Origin: Candidatus Micrarchaeota archaeon
Lineage (GTDB): Archaea; Micrarchaeota; Micrarchaeia; Burarchaeales; JAKAKT01
DNA: 64,000 nucleotides
Reading direction: 5' to 3'
Assembly (NCBI GenBank): GCA_041305385.1
Contig: JBFYLO010000053.1
Location: 265 to 64,264 of the forward strand
Shown here: positions 24,966 to 34,734 of the stretch, one piece after another
How the letters are laid out: each line of letters opens with the position of its first letter
Numbering within the stretch: position 1 is the stretch's first letter
Position numbers and translations under genes: made by a program
Notes under the pieces: model-generated
Told to the model about the DNA's origin: nothing
The model's input: only the letters and a program-made list of their open reading frames with translations
Databases searched by the model: none

Positions 24966-25636
24966 CGTTTGGGGAAAACGACCTGAAAGCCTATGCGGCG
25001 AAGGCAGGCCTCGGGCTGCAATTCATAGTGAAAGAGGCCTTTCTTTTCGAACTGATGGAACTCCTAGGCGAGCACGAATTCGTTTTGAAAGGCGGGACTG
25101 CGATAAACAAGGGGTATCTGGAAGGCCATCAGAGATTCTCTGAGGACCTCGATTATGACACCGAACTTGGGAAGGAGGGCGTCAGAAAGGCCCTCGCAGG
25201 ACTCGGCTGGAAGATAGGAAAGGAATTTTTCACGAGAAATTCGCTCGGCTTCCTCTTCGAGTATAGCTTTGGCGGAGTGAAGGACGCTGTGAAAGCCGAG
25301 TTTTCTTTCGGGATAAACGGGGCCGCTGAAAGGAGAAAGGCGGTTTCGGATTTCCTTCCAGTTTCAAAAAGGGTCGAGATGTATGTTTTTCCGGAGCTCA
25401 ACCGCCAGAAGGAACTCGCCTTTGGGCAAAGGAAGGAGTGGAAGGACCTCTATGACCTTTATTGGATGCAGGAGCTTTACCCCAAGGAATTCAAAATACG
25501 GGGCAGGAAGGCGTTTCAGGAAGCAATCTCCTCAATGAGCATCCAAAAAACCGCGAATGCTTACATACCGCGGGCAAAGAGACTAAATTGGGAAGAAGTC
25601 AGGGAATACATGTCAAGCAAATGGCCGAACAAATAA
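24950..25636 (+). CDS. AbiEii-like nucleotidyltransferase toxin
   Basis: 'VLKGGTAINK.YL..HQRFSEDLDY' and 'KDLYDLY'; start refined to ATG 24950, overlapping the antitoxin. Confidence 0.9.
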   Translation: MVGTIAFGENDLKAYAAKAGLGLQFIVKEAFLFELMELLGEHEFVLKGGTAINKGYLEGHQRFSEDLDYDTELGKEGVRKALAGLGWKIGKEFFTRNSLGFLFEYSFGGVKDAVKAEFSFGINGAAERRKAVSDFLPVSKRVEMYVFPELNRQKELAFGQRKEWKDLYDLYWMQELYPKEFKIRGRKAFQEAISSMSIQKTANAYIPRAKRLNWEEVREYMSSKWPNK

Positions 25637-25712
25637 GACGCCCTTGAGAGAGGGCAGGCACCCGTCTTGAAGCCCCAAAATTTAATGCAGAATTGAGCAC
25701 ATTCATACTCAA

Positions 25713-26498
25713 CTAGAATCTGGGCCTGAACGCGCCCCTAGTTCTGGTGGTGAGGGTATCATCCTCGCTTCCAGTCAAAATTTTCCTGATTTTTGCCAGA
25801 GAAGCCCCGCTTAGACTGTTTCTAGCCTCATCGTCATAGTTGTCCTCTATCGCATGCATAATCTCGCCTTTATGCTCGCTCAGGCCGGATTCGGACAGAA
25901 ACTTTTCAACTTTTCCCGCGTCCATCTCAAGTCCGGTCAGGCTTACTATGTCGTGCACATCTTTCCACAGTTTGGAGCGGTAATATGTCGTGTCAATTCC
26001 CGTTCGGAGTTCGATGTTCCGCCCGAAAACCGCGCCCAACTTGTAAGCCATCAGTAGTTCTATGGTTGGTATGTACATTGTTGAATTCTCGATTTTGTGC
26101 TCGACGTTGTGCTTCATCGTCCAGCTCCATGGCAATCTTGCTTTCTTACCTTCAAAGATGATGGTTCGCTTTGAGGATACGGCGTCAATGAGTATGTCAA
26201 CTTTCTGTTTTCCAGTATCAACGACCTTCACGAATTCAGAATCAAAGCCAAAATGGCCCCTTCGCCTTTCTCCATATCCGTGGCTTGAAAAGTATGCAAA
26301 GAGAGTTTGGTCCATCGCTTTGCTTTCCATAAAAACAACGTCAATGTCTTTCGAACCCAACCCCCCAGTGTAACAGTAAACGGCCCAGCCGCCCACGATT
26401 ACTGGATGGTTGCCAACATGTTTGTTGTACCATCCGGCGAACTCCCCCAATTCCCTCAAGCTCAGGTCCGTTATCGAGTTGTCGTAAATCTCTTTCAT
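25713..26498 (-). CDS. Nucleotidyltransferase-fold protein (putative second type IV TA toxin)
   Basis: 'IVGGWAV..Y.....SKDIDVV', 'P..ELL.AYK' and 'KD.HDI.SL'. Confidence 0.78.
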   Translation of the reverse strand: MKEIYDNSITDLSLRELGEFAGWYNKHVGNHPVIVGGWAVYCYTGGLGSKDIDVVFMESKAMDQTLFAYFSSHGYGERRRGHFGFDSEFVKVVDTGKQKVDILIDAVSSKRTIIFEGKKARLPWSWTMKHNVEHKIENSTMYIPTIELLMAYKLGAVFGRNIELRTGIDTTYYRSKLWKDVHDIVSLTGLEMDAGKVEKFLSESGLSEHKGEIMHAIEDNYDDEARNSLSGASLAKIRKILTGSEDDTLTTRTRGAFRPRF

Positions 26499-27068
26499 TC
26501 AAGCCCACTCCTTTTTTATCAGCATTTCCGCGGCATAAGTCTTGTTGGCGCAGAAGAGGTCTATTATGGTTCTCGTCTTGCTCGTTATCAGCTGACCATT
26601 TTTTTTGATCTTGTCGTTTCCGTTCAAATCATCTTCATAAAGAACGACATGTGTAAAGCCTTTCGGTGCGTTTTTCAGTTCTTCGAGCAGTTTCTCATCT
26701 TTCGAGTAAACACAGATTGCCGGGTCTCGGTAATAGCTGTCGTAATGCGAAAGCGCGCTGGTCAAGCACAAGGTTCCGTTTCCCTTTATCATTGCGAGGA
26801 TATCCTCTGCTTTAAGGCTAACGTCGAAAGAGGCGTATGGCTTCATCGTCCTGTATAGCGGGAAGAGATTGAATATCGCTGCCGGCGTTATGAGTTCGTA
26901 ATTGCCCTGGCGCTTTGCCACGTACCCATGGGCCACGAGCCAGTTCACCACTTTATTGACCAGGCTAAACGTTACGTTCTCTTTCTTGCTTATCCCGTAT
27001 TGGGTGAACTTTTTCGCTTCCAGTATCGCCCGAACGATTTTGTAAGTCTCCCTGCTTGTTACTTTCAT
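26499..27068 (-). CDS. wHTH plus AbiEi-like domain protein (putative antitoxin/regulator)
   Basis: N-terminal HTH 'TQY.ISK...VTFSLVNKVVNWL...GYV', 'LT.ALS.Y' and 'T...RT.IDL'; directly upstream of the nucleotidyltransferase gene. Confidence 0.72.
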   Translation of the reverse strand: MKVTSRETYKIVRAILEAKKFTQYGISKKENVTFSLVNKVVNWLVAHGYVAKRQGNYELITPAAIFNLFPLYRTMKPYASFDVSLKAEDILAMIKGNGTLCLTSALSHYDSYYRDPAICVYSKDEKLLEELKNAPKGFTHVVLYEDDLNGNDKIKKNGQLITSKTRTIIDLFCANKTYAAEMLIKKEWA

Positions 27069-27070
27069 AT

Positions 27071-27090
27071 ATATCACTTTTTAGTGATAT
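27071..27090. promoter_or_regulatory. Inverted-repeat operator between the TATA box and the start of the HTH gene
   Basis: Perfect ATATCACT-TTTT-AGTGATAT; a TTTAAA element lies at 27111-27116. Confidence 0.6.
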
Positions 27091-27209
27091 TATCTATAAA
27101 TAGAGATATATTTAAACCCATGGTTTCTTTTTCCTGCCAGTAGGCCTCGGCTGCAATATAAAACGCCCCAGGGTTGCACGTTATGAAAGAGGTAACGCCC
27201 CAGGGAGAA

Positions 27210-27863
27210 CTAGCGCTTTTCTATCAAACCTGCGATTTCGTCAACATCGTCCGCGAAATGGATGAGATTGAGGTCCCTGATGTCATGAATGAAGAAGTCT
27301 TTTTTCAGAGGGTTTTTGCTAAGCCAGTCCAAGAGGCCATTCCAATATTTCTTGTTTACGCAGATAATGGGGACAGTGTCAACGATTCCCGTTTGCATGA
27401 GAACTGCAAATTCGAACAGCTCGTTCAGGGTTCCATACCCTCCCGGATAGAATATGAGCGCGTCGCTTTTTATCGACATCACAAACCTCCTGACAAAAAG
27501 AAAGTGGAATGAAAGCTCTTCCGTGAAAATGGGGTCCGTAACCCTCTCTCCCTTCAGCAGTTCGGCCCTCAGCCCGATTGAGGGCGCCCCCGCCTCGGTG
27601 GCCCCGGAATTTGCCGCATGCATTACTCCCGGCCCCCCGCCGCTGAGAATCGCATAGCCCCGTTTGCCGAGCTGGAAGGCCACATTCTTGCAATGCTCGT
27701 AATATGGGCTTTTCGCCGAGACCCGGTGAGAACCGAAAAAGGCAATTATCTTCTTGTCGTTTTTGTTAAGAAGAGCCAATCCATGGTTTATCTCATCGCG
27801 AACCTGGTTGACAGTCCATTCAGTGTTTTCGTAGTACTCCTTATTCTTGTGAAACTTATCCAT
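27210..27863 (-). CDS. LOG family (TIGR00730-like) nucleotide phosphoribohydrolase
   Basis: 'SGGGPG.M.AAN.GA', 'F.VRR' and PGGYGTLNELFE. Confidence 0.93.
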   Translation of the reverse strand: MDKFHKNKEYYENTEWTVNQVRDEINHGLALLNKNDKKIIAFFGSHRVSAKSPYYEHCKNVAFQLGKRGYAILSGGGPGVMHAANSGATEAGAPSIGLRAELLKGERVTDPIFTEELSFHFLFVRRFVMSIKSDALIFYPGGYGTLNELFEFAVLMQTGIVDTVPIICVNKKYWNGLLDWLSKNPLKKDFFIHDIRDLNLIHFADDVDEIAGLIEKR

Positions 27864-27878
27864 GCTCCCACACACGGT

Positions 27879-28334
27879 TTACCTTCTCTTCTCCACAATC
27901 ACGACATCGGCAGTATTCCTCAGCGCAGCAGAGAATCCCGGCTCAGCCCCGACGAGAACGGTCTCCTTCCCCAGCTCCTTCGCCTTTATTATCACGGGCC
28001 TGAAGTCGATGTCCCTGGTCATGAGCGCGATTATCTGAATCCTCGGGTTGAAGACCTGCTGCATGGCATCAACGGCCATGGTCACATCCACATCCCCAGT
28101 AGTAATGATGGGCTCGTACCCCTGGTTCGTGACAGCCTCAATCAGCTTGTCCGATGCATACTGGTCCAGGTAAACCCTGCAGACCTTTATGTTCCCGTAT
28201 TTCTCAATCTTCCTTTTAACTTCGGAAAGGTCGATATTGATGTCCTTCCTGATGACATTCGGGCCGTCCACGAAGAACGCGACGTTCCGTGCAGTCTTGG
28301 CTTTGAAAGCAGCCATAATCTCTTCTATGACCAT
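27879..28334 (-). CDS. NYN domain protein (TIGR00288-like)
   Basis: 'FVDGPN', 'DVDV.MAVDAM', 'TRDIDF.P' and 'SAAL...AD'. Confidence 0.92.
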   Translation of the reverse strand: MVIEEIMAAFKAKTARNVAFFVDGPNVIRKDINIDLSEVKRKIEKYGNIKVCRVYLDQYASDKLIEAVTNQGYEPIITTGDVDVTMAVDAMQQVFNPRIQIIALMTRDIDFRPVIIKAKELGKETVLVGAEPGFSAALRNTADVVIVEKRR

Positions 28335-29069
28335 TCAATCGACTCCGTAAAATTTCAATGCGTTTTCCGAGGTTCTCTTTACCACTTCTTCGAGCTCGAC
28401 TCCCTTCTCGCTAGCAATCATCTTCGCCGAGTCTAGCGCCGAAAGCGGGGTCTTTCCCAAATAGGGTGCATCGCTCTCCAGCAGTAAATAATCTAGCTCC
28501 AGGGCTTTAATTACCTTTCTCCTCTGCTTTGAGTTGCCCGGTGGAACAGTGGCCGAGTATCCGAGTTCCCCAGCCCTCTTCGCCTCTTCACCGTTCCCTG
28601 AGAAGCAGTGTAACAGGACTCTCCCGGAAAACTTTCTTTCCAAAACATCGAGAACCTCGCTCTCAGCATCCCGGGAATGTATCACCACGGGCAGGCCCAG
28701 CTCGTGTGCAAGCTCGAGCTGTCTCTCGAACCAGATTTTTTGGTTTCCCAGCTGTGCTTCAGTTTTCCCCCAGTGCTTGTCAAGGCCTATCTCACCCACG
28801 GCCGCGATTCCCTTCAGTTCCCTCAGCCAGCCGAGCCCGACCTCAGGTTTATCCATGGCTCTCTGGGGCGACTCCCCCGCCACGGCGTAGACAAAACCCG
28901 GATTGGCTTCGGCAATCCCAATACCAGAAATACTGCTTTCCTTGGAATAGCCGCAGGTGAACACCGCCCCAAGTTTTTCCCTGCAGGCCGACAGGCAGTT
29001 CTCGAGCCCGGGAATGTCGGTCAGGTGGCAATGGGAATCGACGGGGAGCAGGTTATTCCGTTCAAGCAT
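28335..29069 (-). CDS. tatD: TatD family hydrolase
   Basis: 'DSHCHL', 'GEIGLD', 'VIHSRDA', 'LHCFSG' and 'LESDAPY'; start refined to ATG 29069. Confidence 0.94.
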   Translation of the reverse strand: MLERNNLLPVDSHCHLTDIPGLENCLSACREKLGAVFTCGYSKESSISGIGIAEANPGFVYAVAGESPQRAMDKPEVGLGWLRELKGIAAVGEIGLDKHWGKTEAQLGNQKIWFERQLELAHELGLPVVIHSRDAESEVLDVLERKFSGRVLLHCFSGNGEEAKRAGELGYSATVPPGNSKQRRKVIKALELDYLLLESDAPYLGKTPLSALDSAKMIASEKGVELEEVVKRTSENALKFYGVD

Positions 29070-29152
29070 GAGTTTTGAGTATGACGAAGGGGTTAAAAAT
29101 CTTTTTCGGATAAACCTTTCGTCAATTTTCGTTAATTTTAAGGTGGTTTGCA

Positions 29153-29542
29153 ATGGAAAAGATGTTTGCGTCAGCCAAGGAGCTGAAAATCGGTAAATAC
29201 GTGCTGATAGACGACATCCCATGCAAGGTCGTTGGAATCGAGTCCTCTTCTCCGGGGAAGCACGGGGCAGCCAAGATGAGGGTCACTGCCATAGGCGTGT
29301 TCAGCGGGCACAAGAAGACGCTCCTGACCCCCTCCGATGGGGACATCGAGATACCGATAATCGAGAGAAAAGCTGGGCAGGTGATGTCCTTGAACGGCAA
29401 CATCGCGCAGCTCATGGATTCAGCGACCTATGAAATGTTCGAGCTCGAGGTTCCGCCGGAGCTTACCTCCGAAGTCCAGCCAGGGAAGGAAGTCGAGTAT
29501 ATGGAAGCGATGGGAAAGAAAATGATGATGAGGGTGAGGTAG
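29153..29542 (+). CDS. eif5a: Translation factor aIF5A
   Basis: Hypusine motif 'SSPGKHGAAK'. Confidence 0.97.
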   Translation: MEKMFASAKELKIGKYVLIDDIPCKVVGIESSSPGKHGAAKMRVTAIGVFSGHKKTLLTPSDGDIEIPIIERKAGQVMSLNGNIAQLMDSATYEMFELEVPPELTSEVQPGKEVEYMEAMGKKMMMRVR

Positions 29543-29547
29543 TTTTC

Positions 29548-29877
29548 ATGGAATTGAACATAGCGAAGAGAACCGAGAACAAGCTTTTGAACCGGACCGA
29601 GATAGAGTTCTCGGCAAGCTCCGAGGGCGCGACCCCGAGCAGAAAGGACGTCCGATCCGCAATTCAGGGCAGCCTTAAGGTCGATGAGGACCTGATAGTA
29701 ATCGACAGGATAGACAACCAGTACGGGACCACGAACGTCACCGGAAGGGCGCTCGTCTACAGCGACAAGGACAGCCTGAAGCTCGCCGCCCAATACAAGA
29801 TACGCAGGGACAAGGGCGAGAAAGGCAAGGCGAAAGAGGGCGGTGCGAAGAAAGAAGCGCCTGCCGAGAAGAAATAG
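29548..29877 (+). CDS. rps24e: 30S ribosomal protein S24e
   Basis: 'NKLLNR.EI.F', 'ATPSR' and 'G.A.VY'; conserved synteny. Confidence 0.95.
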   Translation: MELNIAKRTENKLLNRTEIEFSASSEGATPSRKDVRSAIQGSLKVDEDLIVIDRIDNQYGTTNVTGRALVYSDKDSLKLAAQYKIRRDKGEKGKAKEGGAKKEAPAEKK

Positions 29878-29887
29878 AGGTGTGACG

Positions 29888-30043
29888 ATGGCTGACGAAA
29901 AGAAGGCTCCTGCGAAGAAAAAGAAAGTCATAAAGCCTTACCAGAAGAAGAGAGCATGCCCAAAGTGCGGGCCGGGCATCTCGCTTGCGGAGCACAAGGA
30001 CAGGCGCTCCTGCGGCAAATGCGGCTACTCAGAGAAGAAGTAG
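29888..30043 (+). CDS. rps27ae: 30S ribosomal protein S27ae
   Basis: '[21 protein letters not shown]'; start refined to ATG 29888. Confidence 0.96.
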   Translation: MADEKKAPAKKKKVIKPYQKKRACPKCGPGISLAEHKDRRSCGKCGYSEKK

Positions 30044-30053
30044 GGCTGGGCAA

Positions 30054-31013
30054 ATGGCCTTTGTGAGCGATAATCCTGCGGCAAACCCGTTTGTTAAACG
30101 CAGGCCCTTTGATTTTTCCCCTTTTTTCGGCGCTCTTGCTCTGTCCTCATTCCTCATTTTTGCTTCGGGCATCCTCCTAAGATTCTCGAACATAGCCGTG
30201 CTCTCTTCAGTTGACTGGTCTTTCGCGTTCCTATCCCTTGCAGCAGGGGAGCTTTTTTTCAGGGGATGGCTTGCTAAAAAAACCGGGCTTCTCAAGTCCA
30301 TGCTCGCCTTTTTAGTCATTTTCTCCCTGCTTTACCTCCCGCTCCTATTCTCCAACCCAGTGGAGCTTTTAGTCTTCCTCCTCATCTACGGGGCCGGGAT
30401 GTCGGTCCTTAGGATGCGCGAGGACGAATGGACGTGCGCTTTCGCGGCAATCCTCTACTGCGCGTTAACAATGGCCTATTTCGAAGTGAGCTACGTCTCC
30501 TATGCATACATCCAGCTCTTCCTAATCTCCCTCCCGCTCTACCTGAGCCTAAGGTGGCGCGGCTTCCGGAGCGCCATGGCGCAGTTTGGGATAAGGAGAG
30601 AGGGGCTGTTCAGGAACATCGGAATCGGGGCAGCAGCCACCGTTCTCTTACTCATTGCGTTTGAAGGGCTCCTGCTCGTCTTTCAGGCGCTCGGCTTGAA
30701 CGACATGCAGAACATAACCCAGACCTCCGAGAGCTTCCCGCAATTCGTCGTGGTCATGTCCTTTACGCTCACCCCGGTTGCAGAGGAGCTGTTCTTCAGG
30801 GGCCTGCTCTTCCCCTTTGCAGGGGCTTTCCTTTCCAGCGCGGTATTTTCGATATCCCACTACCAGTATGGCTCAGTAGTAGAACTCGTGGTGGCATTCC
30901 TCATAGGCTACTCCTATTGCTGGCTCTACAAGAAGACCGGCTCGCTGATTCCAGCCATGGTTTCGCATGCTCTTTTCAACTTGCTGTTTTTCCTCTCAAC
31001 TGGAAGGTTGTAA
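30054..31013 (+). CDS. CPBP (CAAX/Abi) family intramembrane protease
   Basis: 'P.AEELFFRG', 'F...H' and 'HA..N'; multiple TM segments. Confidence 0.9.
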   Translation: MAFVSDNPAANPFVKRRPFDFSPFFGALALSSFLIFASGILLRFSNIAVLSSVDWSFAFLSLAAGELFFRGWLAKKTGLLKSMLAFLVIFSLLYLPLLFSNPVELLVFLLIYGAGMSVLRMREDEWTCAFAAILYCALTMAYFEVSYVSYAYIQLFLISLPLYLSLRWRGFRSAMAQFGIRREGLFRNIGIGAAATVLLLIAFEGLLLVFQALGLNDMQNITQTSESFPQFVVVMSFTLTPVAEELFFRGLLFPFAGAFLSSAVFSISHYQYGSVVELVVAFLIGYSYCWLYKKTGSLIPAMVSHALFNLLFFLSTGRL

Positions 31014-31036
31014 TCCGCAACAAAAGCAAAAGGCGG

Positions 31037-31084
31037 CTCGTTCGGCTCGGGGCGAGCATTTCGAAATGCCCGGGTTCTCGGGAG
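31037..31084. repeat. Short GC-rich dispersed repeat, copy B, with hairpin GCA-TTTCGAAA-TGC
   Basis: Colinear similarity to 4924-4969; intergenic. Confidence 0.35.
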
Positions 31085-31129
31085 TCCGGGAAGGTTATAA
31101 ATAATCCCAGCATAAAAAGAGCTGATTCC

Positions 31130-32095
31130 ATGATTGCCCTAGGCATTGAATCAACTGCCCACACCCTCGGGATTGGGATTTTCGATGGCGAGCGGATGCT
31201 CTCCAACGAGAAGAAGATGTACCTCCCGAAGTTCACGGGCATCCACCCGAGGAAAGCCGCCGAGCAGCACGCGAACGAATTCCAGGGGCTTCTTGCAGGT
31301 GCGATTGAGAAGGCAGAAATAAAGCCGGGCGACATCGACCTGGTCGGATTCGCCCAGGGCCCCGGGCTCGGGGCGTGCCTGAAAGTGGGGGTTGTGGGCG
31401 CGAAATCCCTCGCATCAATGCTCGACAGGCCGATTCTCGGGGTGAACCACTGCATCGCCCACATAGAGATTTCGAAATTATACACGGGAACCAGCGATCC
31501 TTTGGTCGTTTATGTGAGCGGGGGGAACACCCAGATTATCATCAAGGGAACTGACCGAAGATACCGCGTCCTCGGCGAAACCCTGGACATAGGGCTAGGG
31601 AACCTCATCGATGTCTTTGGGAGGGACATGGGGCTCGAGAGGGCCCATGGCGGAGTCATAGAAAAGATGGCTCTCGGCGGAAAATACATCGAGCTTCCCT
31701 ATGTGGTAAAAGGAATGGACCTCTCTTTCACAGGGCTGCAGACCGAGGCCCGAAAGAAGCTCAAGACCAACTCTCAGCAGGACATGTGCTACTCCCTGCA
31801 GGAAACCTCGTTCTCAATGCTGACAGAGGCAAGCGAGAGGGCCCTCGCGCTCACCAAGAAGAAGGAGCTTATCCTCTGCGGGGGAGTGGCCCAGAACAAG
31901 AGGCTGCAGGAGATGCTTGGGCTGATGGCGCAGGAGCACGGGGCCAGGTTCGGAGTCGCCCCAAACGAGTTCAACGCAGACAACGGGGCGATGATTGCCT
32001 ACACCGCCATTTATCTTTACGGGCTGGGCCACAGGATGAAGCTCTCCGAAGCCAGGGCAATACAGAAATTCAGGACAGACCAGGTAAAAATCTAG
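31130..32095 (+). CDS. kae1: tRNA N6-adenosine threonylcarbamoyltransferase Kae1/TsaD
   Basis: 'LGIESTAHT', 'GPGLG', 'VNHCIAHIE', 'VSGGNTQ', 'GETLDIG.GN' and 'DNGAMIA'; start refined to ATG 31130. Confidence 0.97.
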   Translation: MIALGIESTAHTLGIGIFDGERMLSNEKKMYLPKFTGIHPRKAAEQHANEFQGLLAGAIEKAEIKPGDIDLVGFAQGPGLGACLKVGVVGAKSLASMLDRPILGVNHCIAHIEISKLYTGTSDPLVVYVSGGNTQIIIKGTDRRYRVLGETLDIGLGNLIDVFGRDMGLERAHGGVIEKMALGGKYIELPYVVKGMDLSFTGLQTEARKKLKTNSQQDMCYSLQETSFSMLTEASERALALTKKKELILCGGVAQNKRLQEMLGLMAQEHGARFGVAPNEFNADNGAMIAYTAIYLYGLGHRMKLSEARAIQKFRTDQVKI

Positions 32096-34665
32096 TTCAG
32101 CTCGTATATTGCAATGGAAGGCGGGGTGCTCTCTGTCTGATTCAGCGGGTAAATCATCCGGAATCCACCCAGCTTCCCCAGGTTCCAACCGGAGTAGAAA
32201 ACCGAGTCATAAGGGCTTCCCACTTTCTCCACATCGTCCTCTTCATAAAGGAAGACATAGGCAGTGGTCAAGAACCCGCCCCTTACGGTGTTTATCACAA
32301 AAAAGCTTACATTCATCGGGTTTTTCATTTCCTTGTCAAAGACTTCCGCCTTTGCATAAATCTGGGTGGGTATGCAGTAGGTTTTACTCTTGCTCGTTAT
32401 GACCCTGGCGTGCGTGGGCTCGTCACCAGGGCAATAATCTGAGATTGAAATCCTCCCCGGGTCGGTAAACAGCTCAAACTCGAGCTCCCTTTCGCATTCA
32501 GACCTTTCCTCGGGCAAGGCCGAAAAATGCTCCTTGCTTTCTCCGACCTTAAGGCAGGATAGATAGCTGATTGCAGGCCATTTCGAGACCAACTCCTGGT
32601 CGAGAAGCAGGTATTCCGCCCTTCGCTTTCCCGCTTCCTCAAATCCTGCATACTGTTTCAGGGACTCGGTGTCATTCCCAGCCAAAAGATACGCGAAGTC
32701 CCTTATCATATCCTGTTGGGCAAGGTCATTTCTCAAAACCGCCTTTCGCTCTCCGATATAATTTATCCAGTGGCCGTAGTCCCACCAGGCGAGGAATGCC
32801 CCGTCCTTGTCCGTGTTCTCCCTCATCCACTTCAGGGTCTCCAGCCAGTTCCCGGGTATCTTGTTGCAGAATACTTTCTGCGAGATTATGCTGTCCGGGG
32901 AAAGGGCGCTGCATTTCTCCCCAAATTCATCCGGGGAGGCGAAGAGGAAGGGGGATAGGTCATAGGCGACTGAAACGGACTGGTAAAAGACCAATACACC
33001 AGCGAGAATAGCAATCACATAACCTGCAATGGAAAACATCCCAAGCGCATTCTTCTCCTTCTCGGTTTCCGTTTTCATCTCCCCGGCAAGCTTGTAGATG
33101 CTGCCCACGCAGAATGTAAGCGCTATGGCCGCCATCACCCCGAGGTAGGTTACGAACTTGAGGTCAGAAGAGAAGAGCAGGTAAAGGGGCAGGACCATTA
33201 TGGCGAGCAAAATCGCGCTCTCCGCGCCCCGGTAGGCAAAATCAAAAGCCACGAGCAGGAGAAAAATAACAATCACAAAGTCGATTATTTTAACATCAAA
33301 GATTCCCGCGCCAACGGGCCCGAGTGCAAGGACATACTCGCTCGGGCTTATGGCCTGCTGCTCGGCAATTGTTGAGAAGAGGCTCGTAGTGCCAAGGACG
33401 CTTTCCACATAGCCGGTTGCAATCGCGCCAAGGGGCGAAAGGAAAGCCACCACCAGCACTATGACCAGCCCCATGGCCGCAGTCAGGATGTTCTGCCTGC
33501 TGATGCTTGGGGCAAAACCCCTCAGCCCCAGAAGCACGCCCAAATAGGCAACGACTCCCCCGAGAATCACAACTGGAGTCAGCGCCCCTTCCCTGTACAT
33601 ATACTGGTTGTAAGCCAGCAGCGAAAGGATTCCGACCCCGGCAATCGCGCCGTTGTAAATGAAAAAATTCCTATCGAGCTTTTTCGTGAACAGCAGCACG
33701 GTCCCCTGGAAAGCTATGAATGCCCCGAGCACCCAATAAACGAAAATATCCGCCTTGGAGCCCAGTGCCACTCCCAGCATCAAAATTGCCGCAAGAGCAG
33801 CATACTCCCACCTGCCCTCCTTGTTCAAGAGCACATAGGACGTAAAGAACGAGAGCATGGCCAATATGGCCCAGGGGACCTGCTCAGGGCCCCAGGCAAC
33901 TGCCACGATGGTTATGGGCAGTAGCGTTCCCTGAAGGGCGCCGAATAAGCCGAACCAGTCCCCCACATACCTGGAGAGAAGGATGAAAAGCATGAGGCAC
34001 ACGATGGCGCCGAAGAGGGACGAGTAAATATTTGCAATGTTCAGGAGAAAGAGGTGGTCAAACTCCCCGGGCCCCCCGCTCAGCGCATACCAGCTCGCGA
34101 GCATATACTGCATGAGCGGCCTCTCCCTGTGGGAAGCAATTTTCGGGAACCAGGCGAGGTCGTCCGATATGGGGACCGAGCCATCGGTCAGTATGAACTT
34201 GGCGGTTACGAGATATGAATAAGGGTCAGGGCTGTGGAAATAGGGGTTCTCCACGAACCCGGTTATCCTAACCCAGTAAGCGAAGATAAAAATTACGAGC
34301 AGGGAGAGCATGACGAGGTTTTCCCTGTTCTTGAACAGGTCGATTTTCCCGGAAATCTCATCCAGGTCCAAGGAGAATGAAAATCCGCCTTTGGGAACCC
34401 CTTCCCTGAAGATGAGCGCCAGGCCGATGAGCGAAAGCACGGCGATGTTCGCGACCACGAGACCTGTTGAAAACCCGATTCCCACGAAGGACTCAAAGAA
34501 AAGCATGGCCGGGGGAACGAAGAAACCCACTACAAGCCCGAAAATCCCTATCTCGAAAAGCCTGAGCGAGGTTTTCCTGAGAAGCGGATAGGCTAAGAGA
34601 AATCCCGGAACAAAGGAGGAAAACAGTGCGACCAAAGTCGCCCAAAGGAAATTGAACTCAGCCAA
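32092..34665 (-). CDS. aglB: Oligosaccharyltransferase AglB (STT3 family) with an extra N-terminal membrane segment
   Basis: 'DPY' motif, many TM helices, 'TIAEQ' and WWDYG; probable TTG start at 34665. Confidence 0.88.
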   Translation of the reverse strand: MAEFNFLWATLVALFSSFVPGFLLAYPLLRKTSLRLFEIGIFGLVVGFFVPPAMLFFESFVGIGFSTGLVVANIAVLSLIGLALIFREGVPKGGFSFSLDLDEISGKIDLFKNRENLVMLSLLVIFIFAYWVRITGFVENPYFHSPDPYSYLVTAKFILTDGSVPISDDLAWFPKIASHRERPLMQYMLASWYALSGGPGEFDHLFLLNIANIYSSLFGAIVCLMLFILLSRYVGDWFGLFGALQGTLLPITIVAVAWGPEQVPWAILAMLSFFTSYVLLNKEGRWEYAALAAILMLGVALGSKADIFVYWVLGAFIAFQGTVLLFTKKLDRNFFIYNGAIAGVGILSLLAYNQYMYREGALTPVVILGGVVAYLGVLLGLRGFAPSISRQNILTAAMGLVIVLVVAFLSPLGAIATGYVESVLGTTSLFSTIAEQQAISPSEYVLALGPVGAGIFDVKIIDFVIVIFLLLVAFDFAYRGAESAILLAIMVLPLYLLFSSDLKFVTYLGVMAAIALTFCVGSIYKLAGEMKTETEKEKNALGMFSIAGYVIAILAGVLVFYQSVSVAYDLSPFLFASPDEFGEKCSALSPDSIISQKVFCNKIPGNWLETLKWMRENTDKDGAFLAWWDYGHWINYIGERKAVLRNDLAQQDMIRDFAYLLAGNDTESLKQYAGFEEAGKRRAEYLLLDQELVSKWPAISYLSCLKVGESKEHFSALPEERSECERELEFELFTDPGRISISDYCPGDEPTHARVITSKSKTYCIPTQIYAKAEVFDKEMKNPMNVSFFVINTVRGGFLTTAYVFLYEEDDVEKVGSPYDSVFYSGWNLGKLGGFRMIYPLNQTESTPPSIAIYELN

Positions 34666-34734
34666 GCTCCCACCAGAAGATGCTAGTGTCTGGAGATAAA
34701 AGATTTTTAATCCCTTTCTTTCGATACTACTCTT

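Noticed and set aside
30054-31013. CPBP/Abi protease as an anti-phage gene
   Set aside because: The 'Abi' label of this family is historical; here the gene sits in a housekeeping ribosomal-protein/kae1 context.
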